Of a DNA stretch of 64,000 bases, positions 38,199-48,514 are shown piece by piece; the first letter of the stretch is position 1, and each line of letters starts with the position of its first letter. The stretch comes from Vampirovibrio chlorellavorus. Its GTDB lineage: Bacteria > Cyanobacteriota > Vampirovibrionia > Vampirovibrionales > Vampirovibrionaceae. The stretch is taken from NCBI GenBank assembly GCA_903866275.1, contig CAIPMU010000003.1, positions 1,805 to 65,804 on the forward strand, in the 5' to 3' direction. The notes beneath the pieces were generated by a model, which was given only the letters and a program-made list of their open reading frames with translations, was not told where the DNA came from and ran no database searches. Made by a program: the position numbers and the translations under genes.

Positions 38199-38822
38199 AT
38201 GTTTCGGAAATCATTGGGTATCGCTCTGGGGTTGGCGCTGGGTGTGTGTTTTTATCTGGGTGTTCAGAACAAATCGCAGGCCAAAACCAAGCCCGCCGCC
38301 GCTGGGCAAGCCCCGGTTCAAACCGTGCCGCAGGTGGATTTGAACCGGTATATGGGTCAATGGTACGAGCTGGCGACCATTCCCATGTTTTTTGAGCGTC
38401 GCTGCACGGGAAATGTGACGGCCAACTATAAGTTGCTGCCCAACGGTCAGGTGGAAGTGCTGAACAGTTGTGAAGTGAAAGGCGGCCATCGTATTGTGAG
38501 CACCGGGCGCGCCAAAGTGGTGGATGCTCAAACGCATGCCAAGTTGAAAGTGACTTTTTTAAACCTGTTTGGCTGGCGTTTTCTGGCGGGTGGTGATTAC
38601 TGGATCATCGCGCTGGATCCGGATTACGGCTATGCCATAGTGGGGCATCCCACCCGGCGTTATGGATGGATTTTATCTCGCACGCCTGAGTTGCCCAAGG
38701 CAACACTGCAGGCATTGAGTACCCGGTTGACACAACAGGGCTACGATCCCTGCCTGTTTTTAACCACTCCCCAGCAGAATGGGTTAAGTGAACGACGTCC
38801 TTTGTGCGAAGTGGTGAAGTAA
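38199..38822 (+). CDS. blc: Bacterial lipocalin (Blc-like outer-membrane lipoprotein)
   Basis: Signal peptide, then DLNRYMGQWYELATIP (lipocalin SCR1 with GxW) and TDY/W motifs. Confidence 0.8.
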   Translation: MFRKSLGIALGLALGVCFYLGVQNKSQAKTKPAAAGQAPVQTVPQVDLNRYMGQWYELATIPMFFERRCTGNVTANYKLLPNGQVEVLNSCEVKGGHRIVSTGRAKVVDAQTHAKLKVTFLNLFGWRFLAGGDYWIIALDPDYGYAIVGHPTRRYGWILSRTPELPKATLQALSTRLTQQGYDPCLFLTTPQQNGLSERRPLCEVVK

Positions 38823-39097
38823 CACAAAAGAGATTCGGTCATCCTGCATACCATTCAGATAGACTCAAAAACCGCCAAATGCCTTATGGGGCTTGGCGGT
38901 TTTTGTTTCAGGCTGGCCATTGGGTCTAGTTCGCCATGTGTATGTCGCCTACGCCCGATTAACCTGTGTTTAATCCCCATGCTGGCGGGCAGCTCCACCG
39001 GATGGTTGATGAACGCACGGTAAAAACACGTTAATTTGAGGATATGTTCATCACCGGGTGCGGTTCAGCTCGGTTTATTTTTGGGTCCAAGCAATGA

Positions 39098-40840
39098 GTG
39101 TGGAAAGTGGTGGTTATGCGAGTGAAACATCAATTTTTGCCTCCCTGTCGGCTTCCTGTCCAACGGCAAGCGCCCAGGGTCTGGTTGTTGGCTTTGGGCC
39201 TGGTCTTGATGCCCGCCTTTGCCGCGCCCGTCTGGGCCGAAAATTTTAATCTCGAAAGCGTGGATTTTGCGAACACCGATGACGGCATGCGTATTATTTT
39301 GCATACGGGTAGCATTGTGCCGGTGCAGAAAGTCTTGATCTCCGATAAAAAGGTCATTCTGGACATCGATCAGGTGAATGCCGGTGAAACGGTGCGGACC
39401 AATTTTGCCGGGGCCAGCAACGTGAGCCACGTGATTATGCAACCCCTGAACGATCATAAGATTCGGATGGTGATTCGCGGGGAAGATTTGAGCTCACCGA
39501 GCGTGGCCTTTTATGGGGCCGGTACAGCCGAGGGCAATGGCTTGAGCCCTGAGGCCTCCTCCCGGTTGGCGCTGGAAACCAGTGCCGCATTGCATCGCCA
39601 GCAGGAGGCGGGTATGCAATCCGCCGTGAATGCGGGCAAGCTGTCTAGCGGTGATAGCCCCGCCGTCGATAATCCGTCGCTTCAGGATGAGCCCATCGCC
39701 CTGGGTGGTTTCGTGGAAACCCCTTCCGGGCATGGCGCTCACGGATCGGATAATCTGGAGTTGAAGCCCGCTGAAACCGGTCCGCTGGCCTTGCAAAAAG
39801 GGTATTCAGCCAATGCGGGCAATGAGTTTTTGACTCAAATGACCACGGGCAAGTGGGACAAGTATATTCCCTTCGGGTTATTGGGCTTGTTCGTTCTGGG
39901 GGCAGGCGCGTTCGTGCGTCACAAACTGGTTCAGTTGCGTCCGGTGGATAGTGCATTTGAAGAATTAATGGAACAGGAGCAGCAGGCACCCACGTCCGGC
40001 AAGCGTTCCAGCTTCCGGGAGATGGCTGACGCTTACCGCAACAAGCATGAGGATAAACGGGCCGATAATGGCCAGCGCAAGGCCAACGCCGATAGCATGA
40101 TTGGCCTGAGTGGGCTCAATCAGGCCGAGATGGCCGAGCCAGCGTTCGATGAGATCAATGAATTAGTAACGCCTGCGCCACGTCCCCAGCCCAATCGGGC
40201 TGACTTCGGGGATGAACTGCCTCCGGCTAACACCCTGGAACAGATTCTGGCAGCCATGCAAGCGGCCAATCAGCCTAAAAAGCCTATGGGTGTGCCAGCC
40301 CCCAAAAAGCAGGCCGTGAGCCAGTATATGCAGGCTCAGGCGCCCACGGTCAAGGGCAAGCCAAAAAACCGTCAGGCCGCCGATGAGGTGATGTTGCAAG
40401 AGATGAAACGCGCGCAGGCGGCTCAGCAGCAACTGCAACAGCAGGTTCGCCAGCAGGCTCAAAATCAGAACGTGGACAAGCCGGGCTATACGCCAGTGAA
40501 CCGGGCCGCTGCCGCGAAAAAAGCGGTGAAAGCGCCTAATTTTCAGACGATACCACCGGGCAATGCGGTGAACGCCAAAAATCCCATTACCCCTGCCCGG
40601 ACGGCCAATGCCAATCCGGCCCCGGCGCAGCGCGGCTATACGACCGCGCCCCCCCGAGCCAATCTGTCTAATGCCTCGCCCAATCCGATGCCCAAGGGTC
40701 AGGCCAATCTGCCCGGTAATCCGGAGGTTCTGAACTTTCTGCGTAACGTGGCCGAGCTGATGGAAAAGGACGGCAAGGGCGACATCGCCAAAAGCATTCA
40801 CAAGAACCTGGGAACGCGCAATCTGGGACTCACCCAATAG
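39098..40840 (+). CDS. AMIN-domain protein with central TM and low-complexity Q/A/P-rich C-terminal half
   Basis: Signal peptide (LLALGLVLMPAFAAPVWA); AMIN-like beta domain NLESVDFANTDDGMRIILHTGSIVPVQKVLISDKKVILDIDQVN; TM at ~260; start may be the ATG at 39116. Confidence 0.5.
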   Translation: MWKVVVMRVKHQFLPPCRLPVQRQAPRVWLLALGLVLMPAFAAPVWAENFNLESVDFANTDDGMRIILHTGSIVPVQKVLISDKKVILDIDQVNAGETVRTNFAGASNVSHVIMQPLNDHKIRMVIRGEDLSSPSVAFYGAGTAEGNGLSPEASSRLALETSAALHRQQEAGMQSAVNAGKLSSGDSPAVDNPSLQDEPIALGGFVETPSGHGAHGSDNLELKPAETGPLALQKGYSANAGNEFLTQMTTGKWDKYIPFGLLGLFVLGAGAFVRHKLVQLRPVDSAFEELMEQEQQAPTSGKRSSFREMADAYRNKHEDKRADNGQRKANADSMIGLSGLNQAEMAEPAFDEINELVTPAPRPQPNRADFGDELPPANTLEQILAAMQAANQPKKPMGVPAPKKQAVSQYMQAQAPTVKGKPKNRQAADEVMLQEMKRAQAAQQQLQQQVRQQAQNQNVDKPGYTPVNRAAAAKKAVKAPNFQTIPPGNAVNAKNPITPARTANANPAPAQRGYTTAPPRANLSNASPNPMPKGQANLPGNPEVLNFLRNVAELMEKDGKGDIAKSIHKNLGTRNLGLTQ

Positions 40841-40942
40841 GAGTGGGTTCAGACGCTCGATGCTCAATCCCCTATCCTCGGAGTTCTGATTGGAGAATTT
40901 CCCGGAGAGAGTTGAACGATACGGATGCCCGTTCAAGAGCCT

Positions 40943-41674
40943 TCACAAAGGGCTTTTAGCGGGTATTCCGATTGGGCGGGGATACTGGCTGGGGGTGGCT
41001 TTCACTTTCTCAAACACCAGCAGGCGAGCGCCAGAGAGCGCGGGATGTTCATAGGTTTTCACCTGTTGCAGCTTCCCACCGAGTACTTTTAGGGCGTTCT
41101 GGGCGGCGTCCAGTTCGGCTTCGTAGCTCAGGCCCTTCATGGCCAGAAAGAGGCCGCCGGTTTTCAGGAGCGGCAGGCAGAGTTCCAGCAGCACGGGCAA
41201 GGCAGAAACCGCACGAGCGGTGACGACATCGAAACGGGCGCGGGTTTGCGGGTCTTGTCCCAATGTTTCGCTGCGCTGGTTGCGCACGGTAAACCCGGAA
41301 AGCTGGAGCTGCTGGGCGGCTTCCTCCATGAAGGCGCATTTTTTGCCCACGGATTCCACGGCAGTGACTTGCAGATCGGGTCGGGCAATGGCCAACGGTA
41401 TCGCTGGAAAGCCAGCGCCACTGCCAATATCGGCCAGCCGGGCGTTGGCAGGAAGCAAGGGGGCCACGGTCAGCGAATCCAGCAGGTGCCGGTAGAGAAA
41501 GTCTTCCAGCGCAGTGATGCGGGTCAGGTTCGTGGTGCGATTGACCTCGATGAGGTGCGTGTAAAACCGCTGAAACTGATCCGTTTGCGCATCGGTGAGG
41601 GTGACGTCGAGACTCTGGCAATCATTGCGCCACTGGTCCCAGAGGGTTAGGTTGTGAAGGTTCCCTTGATTCAT
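40943..41674 (-). CDS. rsmG: 16S rRNA (guanine527-N7)-methyltransferase
   Basis: LADIGSGAGFPAIPLAIARP SAM motif; GidB-like length and order. Confidence 0.85.
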   Translation of the reverse strand: MNQGNLHNLTLWDQWRNDCQSLDVTLTDAQTDQFQRFYTHLIEVNRTTNLTRITALEDFLYRHLLDSLTVAPLLPANARLADIGSGAGFPAIPLAIARPDLQVTAVESVGKKCAFMEEAAQQLQLSGFTVRNQRSETLGQDPQTRARFDVVTARAVSALPVLLELCLPLLKTGGLFLAMKGLSYEAELDAAQNALKVLGGKLQQVKTYEHPALSGARLLVFEKVKATPSQYPRPIGIPAKSPL

Positions 41675-41733
41675 GCGCTAAGTGTACAATAAAAGAGGCG
41701 GCCCAGCCGGTTTGGGTTGTCGCCAGGGGAAAG

Positions 41734-44643
41734 TTGATGGCTGAAAAGATTACTTTTATTAGCGCTGCGATTCTGGAGCGGATTGAGCAAGGCTCGTTTG
41801 TACCTGCCCGGCAGTCCAAACCTGCGGGTAGCATGTTCGACCAAGCCGGAGGCGATCGTCGGAACGCGCTGTCGCCGTTGGCTGTCACCAAACGTTGTAT
41901 CCGCTATGAACCCAATGTGTTTTTTCACCGGCAACCCCTGATCCTGTCGCTGGCCCGAGCTTTGAATGAGCCTGCGCGCAAGATTGTACTGGTGGGTGGG
42001 CCTCAGGGCAGTGGCAAAACCAGTCTGGTGCGTGGGGTGATTGAACTGATGGGCAGCCGCAACGAGCAGTTGCTCTGGTTTGATGTCACCCGACACACCG
42101 ATTTTGAGGAAATCATTCAATTCCTGATTCAATACATTACCTATGTATGCGCGCAAGGGGGCGAGGGCCAACCTTTGAGGGAGAGCGCCACCAGTGCTGG
42201 CGAAGAGGCTGAACCCCTGCGAAGACTGGAAAAACTAATCAATCAGGTGGCTGAGATGCCGTTGTTGCTGGTGCTGGATAACGTGGAATACATCGTGGAT
42301 GAGGCCCTGCGCTTTAATTCGTATCCGTTTAAGGAGATGTTGAACTTTTTGCTGGCGTTTCCCAACATTAAAATGGTGCTGATAGGCGAGCGCCTGCCTT
42401 ACGCCGACATGAGCCCCAATCAGGAGGGTGTGGCGGATCTGCACTTGAAGGGGCTGGAGGAAGACGATGCCTGCACCTGGCTGCATTCCAGAAAGAAGGC
42501 CGGTGAAGCGGCAGATCCGGCTGTATTGGAGCAACTGGTAGCCCCAGAGGCTGAACTGGCGGCACTGCGACAACTTTATTTTAAGACGCAGGGGCAGCCG
42601 TGGCTGCTTAAGATTCTCTTTTACCTGAATCATCAGGCCAAACTGGACTTCATTACCCTGAATCGCCTTTTGGACAGTGAAAGTCGGGATCAGAAGACCC
42701 CACCGGTGGCGGAGCTGGTGCGTTACCTGTATCAACGATTACCGGATCAGCATCGTCGGGTGTTTCAGGTGCTGGCTTTCCTGCGGCATCCGATCAATTC
42801 GGCCTCGCTGCTTACACTGGTCAATTTGTGTTATCCCGTGTTGGGGCCGTCCGGCCTGGATTTGGCGGCACTGGAAGACTTTCTGGAGCATTCCCTGCTG
42901 AAAGTGGTGCTGAAGATTATTTACCCCCCTCAAGAGGTGATGGGACATATTCGGAATCGACGCAAGCGGGAACGGGTTCTTGGCGACAGCAAGTTTAAGC
43001 CCTGGTACGAGCTCTATCACACGGTCAAGCGCATCCTGTATACCAGTTTGGGGCAACCGGAGCGGGAGCGGATTCACGGGGTGCTGCAAAATGTTTACCT
43101 GCGTGAAAAAGGTCTGGAGCCTGCCAGCCGGATTTTGAAGTTGAAAACCCGTGCTTTAATTGGTGAGGCCAAGTATCACGCCAGTGCTGCCCGGGAGCGT
43201 AAGCCGGGCATTGTGCCGGATTTGTCGGGGGAGGTTGGCTTGATCGCGCCAACCAGTATGTCTCGTTCCAGAATGCCGGGTGTGCCTCAGGCATTGACGC
43301 TGGATGAGTATCAGGCGGTTCAGTTGCCCATGCCTTCTGCGTTTCATGCCGACGAGGCGGAAACCAGCCTGGAGGGCCCGACCTTTCGGGAGCTGCTGGC
43401 GGGTTCTGCGGAAAAAATGACACGGGAGGAGTACATTGCAGGGCTGGTTCTGACTGAGGCTGAGCAGGCCATGCTGTTTCCTGAGACAGCCCAGCATGCG
43501 GTCCAGTTGGGCAAGCAGGAGCCTATAAAACCTGCCAGCAACTCTGATACAGAGGATGCGGCTAATACGGCTGAAGATGCCCCTCTGCTGGATTTCCAAG
43601 CGCAGCAGGAAAGAGCCTTTCAGCACTTTACGCAAACACTGTTGGCCGAGCCTGAGGGTGATGAGCGGGAACAGCAGATTCGTCAGCGATTGGCGGCGGC
43701 AGTGGCGCAACAAAACAAGTCGGTGGTGGCGCGCGAACTGGTGGCGCTGGGGCGGTATCGGGCTGGGCATGGCCGTTATGAAAGCGCCTGTCAGTGCCTG
43801 GAAAAGGCGTTGAGCCTGAAGGGCGAATCCAGCAAGTCTGTGGTGGCCGAGATTCACCAGTTGTTGGGGTCCTTGCACAAGGAAACCTATCATCACAACG
43901 CGGCGGTGGGTATGCTGACCAAGGCTGCCAAGGAGATTCGGCGCTTGATGTATGAAGATGATACGGTGAGCACCGAGTGGCTGGCTCGACTGGGCAAGGT
44001 CTATCAGGATCTGGGGGAGATTTACGCCTACCGCAAGCAGGCCCAACCGGCCATTGAGGCGTTTACACAAGCCTTGCGCTGGTATCAGTCATCCGATGAT
44101 AATAACCGGTTGGCGCAGGTGTATTTTGATTTGGCTGGTGTCTATGATCAGGCCAATGAACCGGAGCAGGCGATTCTGTTTTACCAGAAAGCCTTGCAAA
44201 AAGATGAGCTGAACGGCAACAAGCTCTCAGCGGCTTCCTGTCTGGCGAATCTGGGGGCTTTGTACCGTGATGCGGCTCAGTGGAAAGAGGCCTCCGCCAG
44301 CTTTAAGCGGTCTTTGACGCTGGATCAGGAGATGGGCAATACCGAAGGGCAACTCAATACCCTGGATGCCTTAACGGGCATGTATCTGCAACGCGAAGCC
44401 TTGGAGCGGGCGGATAGCACCGCCAAACAAGGGCTGGCCTTGTCTCTGCATGAGAACATTGCCTATTGGCAGTCCAATTTTTATATGAAGCTGGGTCAGT
44501 GCCTTGAGCTCCAACAAGACTGGCGTAATGCCCTGCAACAGTTCTATCTGGCCAGAGACAGCGGCGAGCAAGCCCTCTCTCAAGAGAGTCTAGGCTGGAT
44601 CGCCCAAAAGATCGAAGAAACCGCGGCCAAAATTGTGTATTGA
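41734..44643 (+). CDS. STAND-class P-loop NTPase (NB-ARC-like) with long helical arm and C-terminal TPR repeats
   Basis: Walker A VLVGGPQGSGKTSL; Walker B LLLVLDNVE; about 350 aa of TPR repeats at the C-terminus (AQVYFDLAGVYDQ..., ANLGALYRDAAQW...); no N-terminal effector or HTH domain visible. Confidence 0.6.
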   Translation: MMAEKITFISAAILERIEQGSFVPARQSKPAGSMFDQAGGDRRNALSPLAVTKRCIRYEPNVFFHRQPLILSLARALNEPARKIVLVGGPQGSGKTSLVRGVIELMGSRNEQLLWFDVTRHTDFEEIIQFLIQYITYVCAQGGEGQPLRESATSAGEEAEPLRRLEKLINQVAEMPLLLVLDNVEYIVDEALRFNSYPFKEMLNFLLAFPNIKMVLIGERLPYADMSPNQEGVADLHLKGLEEDDACTWLHSRKKAGEAADPAVLEQLVAPEAELAALRQLYFKTQGQPWLLKILFYLNHQAKLDFITLNRLLDSESRDQKTPPVAELVRYLYQRLPDQHRRVFQVLAFLRHPINSASLLTLVNLCYPVLGPSGLDLAALEDFLEHSLLKVVLKIIYPPQEVMGHIRNRRKRERVLGDSKFKPWYELYHTVKRILYTSLGQPERERIHGVLQNVYLREKGLEPASRILKLKTRALIGEAKYHASAARERKPGIVPDLSGEVGLIAPTSMSRSRMPGVPQALTLDEYQAVQLPMPSAFHADEAETSLEGPTFRELLAGSAEKMTREEYIAGLVLTEAEQAMLFPETAQHAVQLGKQEPIKPASNSDTEDAANTAEDAPLLDFQAQQERAFQHFTQTLLAEPEGDEREQQIRQRLAAAVAQQNKSVVARELVALGRYRAGHGRYESACQCLEKALSLKGESSKSVVAEIHQLLGSLHKETYHHNAAVGMLTKAAKEIRRLMYEDDTVSTEWLARLGKVYQDLGEIYAYRKQAQPAIEAFTQALRWYQSSDDNNRLAQVYFDLAGVYDQANEPEQAILFYQKALQKDELNGNKLSAASCLANLGALYRDAAQWKEASASFKRSLTLDQEMGNTEGQLNTLDALTGMYLQREALERADSTAKQGLALSLHENIAYWQSNFYMKLGQCLELQQDWRNALQQFYLARDSGEQALSQESLGWIAQKIEETAAKIVY

Positions 44644-44815
44644 GTTTGCGGCACGTCAATCGGACTGCTAGGTTTGAGTGTTCTCTGGTGTGGCAGGAAT
44701 CGATAGGGCTTGACCCTCCATGACTGTTTCATCGCTTCCAGTTTGGGATGTCACCGCGTTTTGCACTCGCGATCCCTCCGGGTACAATGGGAGGCAGTAT
44801 GAAGGAGTTTACCGC

Positions 44816-45430
44816 ATGTCCCCCACTGCCCCCACTAAAACGTTGATTCAATCCCTCAAGCCTGCCTTGTCCCCAGCCAGCCAGGGCATGAAAGACGAAC
44901 TGTTTCAGATCGTCAAACGGCTGTCCTTTAAAACTGGTGATTTCGTGTTGGCTTCCGGCAAGCGATCCAACTATTACATCGATTGCCGCATGTCCACGCT
45001 GGATGGGCGCGGGGCGTTTCTGATCGGCCATTTGTTCCACGAACTGCTGGAAAACTTAAACGTCGACGCCGTGGGCGGCATGACGCTGGGCGCAGACCCG
45101 ATGATCAGCAGCGTGATTTATCGCAGCGCAGCAGTGGGGCATCCCCTCTCCGGCTTTATCGTGCGCAAGGAGGCCAAAGGTCACGGCGCAGCACGTCAGA
45201 TTGAAGGCCATATTGCCCCGTGGATGCGCGTGGCGCTGGTGGAAGACGTGGTAACGACGGGCGGCTCCACGCTGAAAGCCATTGAAGCCATTCGTACAGC
45301 CTACCCCACGGTGGAGATTGTGCAGATTCTGTCCATTATCGACCGCAACGCCGGCGGGGCAGAAGCCTTTAGTCGTCTTCAGATTCCGTTTCAGGCGCTG
45401 TTTGACGTTCAAGCATTTCTGGCGGAATAA
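44816..45430 (+). CDS. pyrE: Orotate phosphoribosyltransferase (type I PRTase)
   Basis: PRPP-binding motif VALVEDVVTTGGS; FKTGDFVLASGKRSNYYID N-terminal region. Start chosen at ATG 44816; the track start 44720 is a non-ATG extension. Confidence 0.75.
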   Translation: MSPTAPTKTLIQSLKPALSPASQGMKDELFQIVKRLSFKTGDFVLASGKRSNYYIDCRMSTLDGRGAFLIGHLFHELLENLNVDAVGGMTLGADPMISSVIYRSAAVGHPLSGFIVRKEAKGHGAARQIEGHIAPWMRVALVEDVVTTGGSTLKAIEAIRTAYPTVEIVQILSIIDRNAGGAEAFSRLQIPFQALFDVQAFLAE

Positions 45431-45755
45431 ACCGCATCCAGTTGCCGTCCAGATTGTTGAAAAATGTATGGGCGTCCAGCACGTCATCATCGGTGATGGG
45501 GTTGAATTCGGCCAGCCGAATCAGCTCTTCGTCGGTCAGTTCGGGGTCCGGGAACGCATTAGGCATCCCTTCGGGGGCTTCCACGCCGACCATGGCCACG
45601 CCATTCTGGGTGCTGCAATGGTTGCAGTACACGTTCACGATGTACACGCCTTCGTCCTTCCGCAGCAGTTGAATATCTTCCGGTTCAAACGAGTGCGAGC
45701 AGAAGTTGCAACGCATGCGGCTAAAAAAGTTTTGGATCAGGGCAAAGGCGTCCAT
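45369..45755 (-). CDS. Hypothetical small acidic protein with putative C4 zinc ribbon (CNFCSH...CNHCST)
   Basis: Start placed at the internal ATG (MDAFALIQNFFSRMRCNFCSHSF); 62-nt tail-to-tail overlap with pyrE makes it uncertain. Confidence 0.3.
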   Translation of the reverse strand: MDAFALIQNFFSRMRCNFCSHSFEPEDIQLLRKDEGVYIVNVYCNHCSTQNGVAMVGVEAPEGMPNAFPDPELTDEELIRLAEFNPITDDDVLDAHTFFNNLDGNWMRFIPPEMLERQTAPETESEDD

Positions 45756-45853
45756 AAGCACCTCACATTTCACGGATAGGACGAGTGGCAACTGTCTCTT
45801 GATTATAGCCCTTATTATGGGAATATAAAGATGGTTCATAAAAAAATAAGAAT

Positions 45854-46300
45854 TTGAGCGCCATGACCCCACCGACCTCTGCCCAAACCCTGCAACTCCT
45901 GCACACCCTCGATCTCGACGTGAACGTGTTCGATACCGATTGCTTCGGCGTGATGTGGCATGGTGCTTACACCAAATGGATGGAAATGGGCCGGGTAAAG
46001 CTCTTTGAATCCCAGGGGCTTTTTCTCTCTAAGCCCAACGACCCGGATGGTTATATTTACCCCGTGGTCGAGCAGAACCTGAAGTACAAGACCGCCGCCC
46101 CCTATGGCGACAAGCTGACCATGACTACTCGTTTGGCGATTGATGGCTACAAGCTGCTCTTTTATCAGCATTTCCGCAGCCACAACACCGATAAAATCAC
46201 GCTGGAAGCCGTAACCACCGTGGTGGTGCTGGATACCCAGTGGAAACTCCAGCGCCGCCTGCCCGAAGGCATTGTGCAGACTTTGGGTTTAACCCAATAG
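45854..46300 (+). CDS. Acyl-CoA thioesterase, 4HBT/YbgC-like hotdog fold
   Basis: VFDTDCFGVMWHGAYTKWMEMGR (catalytic D/H region typical of YbgC/FadM). Confidence 0.75.
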   Translation: MSAMTPPTSAQTLQLLHTLDLDVNVFDTDCFGVMWHGAYTKWMEMGRVKLFESQGLFLSKPNDPDGYIYPVVEQNLKYKTAAPYGDKLTMTTRLAIDGYKLLFYQHFRSHNTDKITLEAVTTVVVLDTQWKLQRRLPEGIVQTLGLTQ

Positions 46301-46382
46301 CGTTGATACCCATGAACGTAAGTCATTACTGAATGAGACAAACTGGGATATTAAGCACCATGAATGACTTATTCGTGAGGAC

Positions 46383-46992
46383 TTACCAATGAAACCAAGG
46401 GGGATCAATCGATGATGGGTTCCAAGTCCCGCCACTACATACCGTATTGGGTGCAAGCGAGTTAAAGGTTTTAAGGGACCCATTGTAATAAAGTGCAAAC
46501 CACACGGCCTTGCCAGGGCCATTGGTGGTGCCGTCTGTCACTTTGCCATCCGGATCAAGGGCAAACCAAATATTATTGGTTGTGTTTGTACCCGAAAAAG
46601 AATACCGTCTAAAGAAAAGTAAGGCTCCATTATGGAATCTGACACAGGGTTCTAGACTAGTGCAAGTCAGAGTTCCCACCGTGAAGGTATCATCCAAAGT
46701 CGAACTGGTGTCATATTTAACGTAGTTAAGATAGGGGATTAAGTCAGGGGACTTGGTCGCTGTCGTCACCAAGCCCGAATTCTGATGTTGTTGATAGGCT
46801 GTCGTGATAATGCCCCCAACCTCTTTAGCAATCGCGTTATATTTCTCGTCTTGTGAGGTATAGATGATTTTGGGGAGGGTAAATGTGGCAATCACACCCA
46901 GAATGGCTAAAGCGATGAGCACTTCAGCCAGCGTGAAGCCTTTGTATCCCTTGAACGCGGGTATGATCGGCAGGCGTAAAATTCTAGCCAAC
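46383..46992 (-). CDS. Prepilin-type N-terminal cleavage/methylation domain protein (type IV pilin or pseudopilin-like)
   Basis: ...AFKGYKG|FTLAEVLIALAILGVIATF (G-F-T-L-x-E class III signal). ORF extends upstream to 47033 through a C13 tract (MRQAMSPPPPEIS-); the conservative start MLARIL at 46992 is used here. Confidence 0.65.
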
Positions 46993-47112
46993 ATGGAGAT
47001 CTCGGGGGGGGGGGGGCTCATCGCTTGCCTCATCTGATTGGGTATTTCTTATTTATTGTATCGGAAGAGGGGCTGAAAAACTTGAGTGATTCATGACCGC
47101 TGTGAAGTTGTA

Positions 47113-48471
47113 TTAAGCCGCCCCTGGGCTGTGATTTTTGTAGGCTGCGCCGGTGTGTTCGGTTTTATCCCAGCGGGTGCGGCGTTTTTTCTGGAAGAGC
47201 ACCTTCACCATTATGGCGAACACCAGCGGGAACCACAGCACGGTCATGTACAACCCGGTAATAATTCCCCACAGGACGGCTTCCCAGACGGGCGGGCGGT
47301 TAAAACGAATAATGGCCACAATTAGCGCGATGCAGGTGCCGATGCAAAACACGGGCACAATCAGCAACGAGGACAAAAAGTGCGTGAACGTGGGATCGCT
47401 GACCACGATGTTAATGCCCAACAGTTGAGACCAAAAGTGCGTAAATTGTGCATTGTTAAATACAAAGCCAATGGCCAGCTGAATAAAATCCAGTACCAGC
47501 CACAGCGGCAGCAGGAACTCCAGAAAGTAGGCCACCATATCTAAAGTGGTGCGCAACGATGCCTTGCGGGAGCGCACCAGCGCCCCGGCGTATTCCAGAT
47601 AACGGAACAATGTCCCTTCCGTCCAGCGGCGGCGCTGCTTGAGCAGGGCATCAAAGGTGAGAATCCCTTCCTCGTAAACCGGGACTTTATAGGCAAAGCG
47701 AATGTCCCAACCCTCAATGTGTAGGCGGGTGGAAAGATCGAGATCATCCGTGAGGGTGTGGTTGTTCCAGCCGTTCACTTCTTCCAGGGCTTCCCGTTTG
47801 ACCAGTTGTCCGTTGCCGCGCAATTCAACCGCCCCGCGCACGCTGTCCCGGCCATACTGAAAGTTGGAATCCAGCGAGTACTCATAGTTCTGGCAGCGGG
47901 TTAGCCAGTTTTCCCGCCAGTTGGCAATGACTTTACGGGCCTGCACCGCGCCCACGTTCTCATCTTCCAGATACGGCACGATGCGCGTTAAAAAATCCGG
48001 CTCCACATAAGCATCCGCGTCAAACACGCAGATCACTTCCCCGTCGGTCAGGGTCAAGGCTTCGTTCAACACCGCAGGCTTGCCCGGGGTGGCGTCGGCG
48101 GGGCGCAACACATAGCGGTACGGGCTGCCCAGCTCCTGCCCCAGGCGAGTGAGGATCTCCGGCGTGCCGTCCGTGCTGCGATCGTCCAGGATCAGCAGCT
48201 CGTAGTTGGGGTAATTCAGGTTCATCAGGTGCCGAATGGTGTTTTCAATCACCACCGCCTCGTTGTGCGCCGAGATCACCACCGAAATGCGCGGCGTGTA
48301 GTTGGGGTTGATGGGTTTGGGTCGCTTAATTTCCATCCGCTTCTGGTGCACCATGGCCAGCGTAATCAGCCAGGTGTACAGGCCGATAATCACCATGAGC
48401 AAGACCAGCGAGGAATAGGCGGGCATCACCTTGCCGGTCAGGTAGACGATCAGCGAAATGGCGGCAATCAT
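47113..48471 (-). CDS. Family-2 glycosyltransferase, processive (cellulose/chitin synthase-like; DxD, QxxRW)
   Basis: ISVVISAHNE, DDRSTDGT, FDADAY and QRRRW motifs with flanking TM helices. Start uncertain: the track ORF runs to 48600 but overlaps the upstream GT gene with an implausible N-terminus. Confidence 0.8.
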   Translation of the reverse strand: MIAAISLIVYLTGKVMPAYSSLVLLMVIIGLYTWLITLAMVHQKRMEIKRPKPINPNYTPRISVVISAHNEAVVIENTIRHLMNLNYPNYELLILDDRSTDGTPEILTRLGQELGSPYRYVLRPADATPGKPAVLNEALTLTDGEVICVFDADAYVEPDFLTRIVPYLEDENVGAVQARKVIANWRENWLTRCQNYEYSLDSNFQYGRDSVRGAVELRGNGQLVKREALEEVNGWNNHTLTDDLDLSTRLHIEGWDIRFAYKVPVYEEGILTFDALLKQRRRWTEGTLFRYLEYAGALVRSRKASLRTTLDMVAYFLEFLLPLWLVLDFIQLAIGFVFNNAQFTHFWSQLLGINIVVSDPTFTHFLSSLLIVPVFCIGTCIALIVAIIRFNRPPVWEAVLWGIITGLYMTVLWFPLVFAIMVKVLFQKKRRTRWDKTEHTGAAYKNHSPGAA

Positions 48472-48514
48472 GCTGGCGAGTAGTATTTTTTCGGGCACGG
48501 GCTTGGGATCCTGA

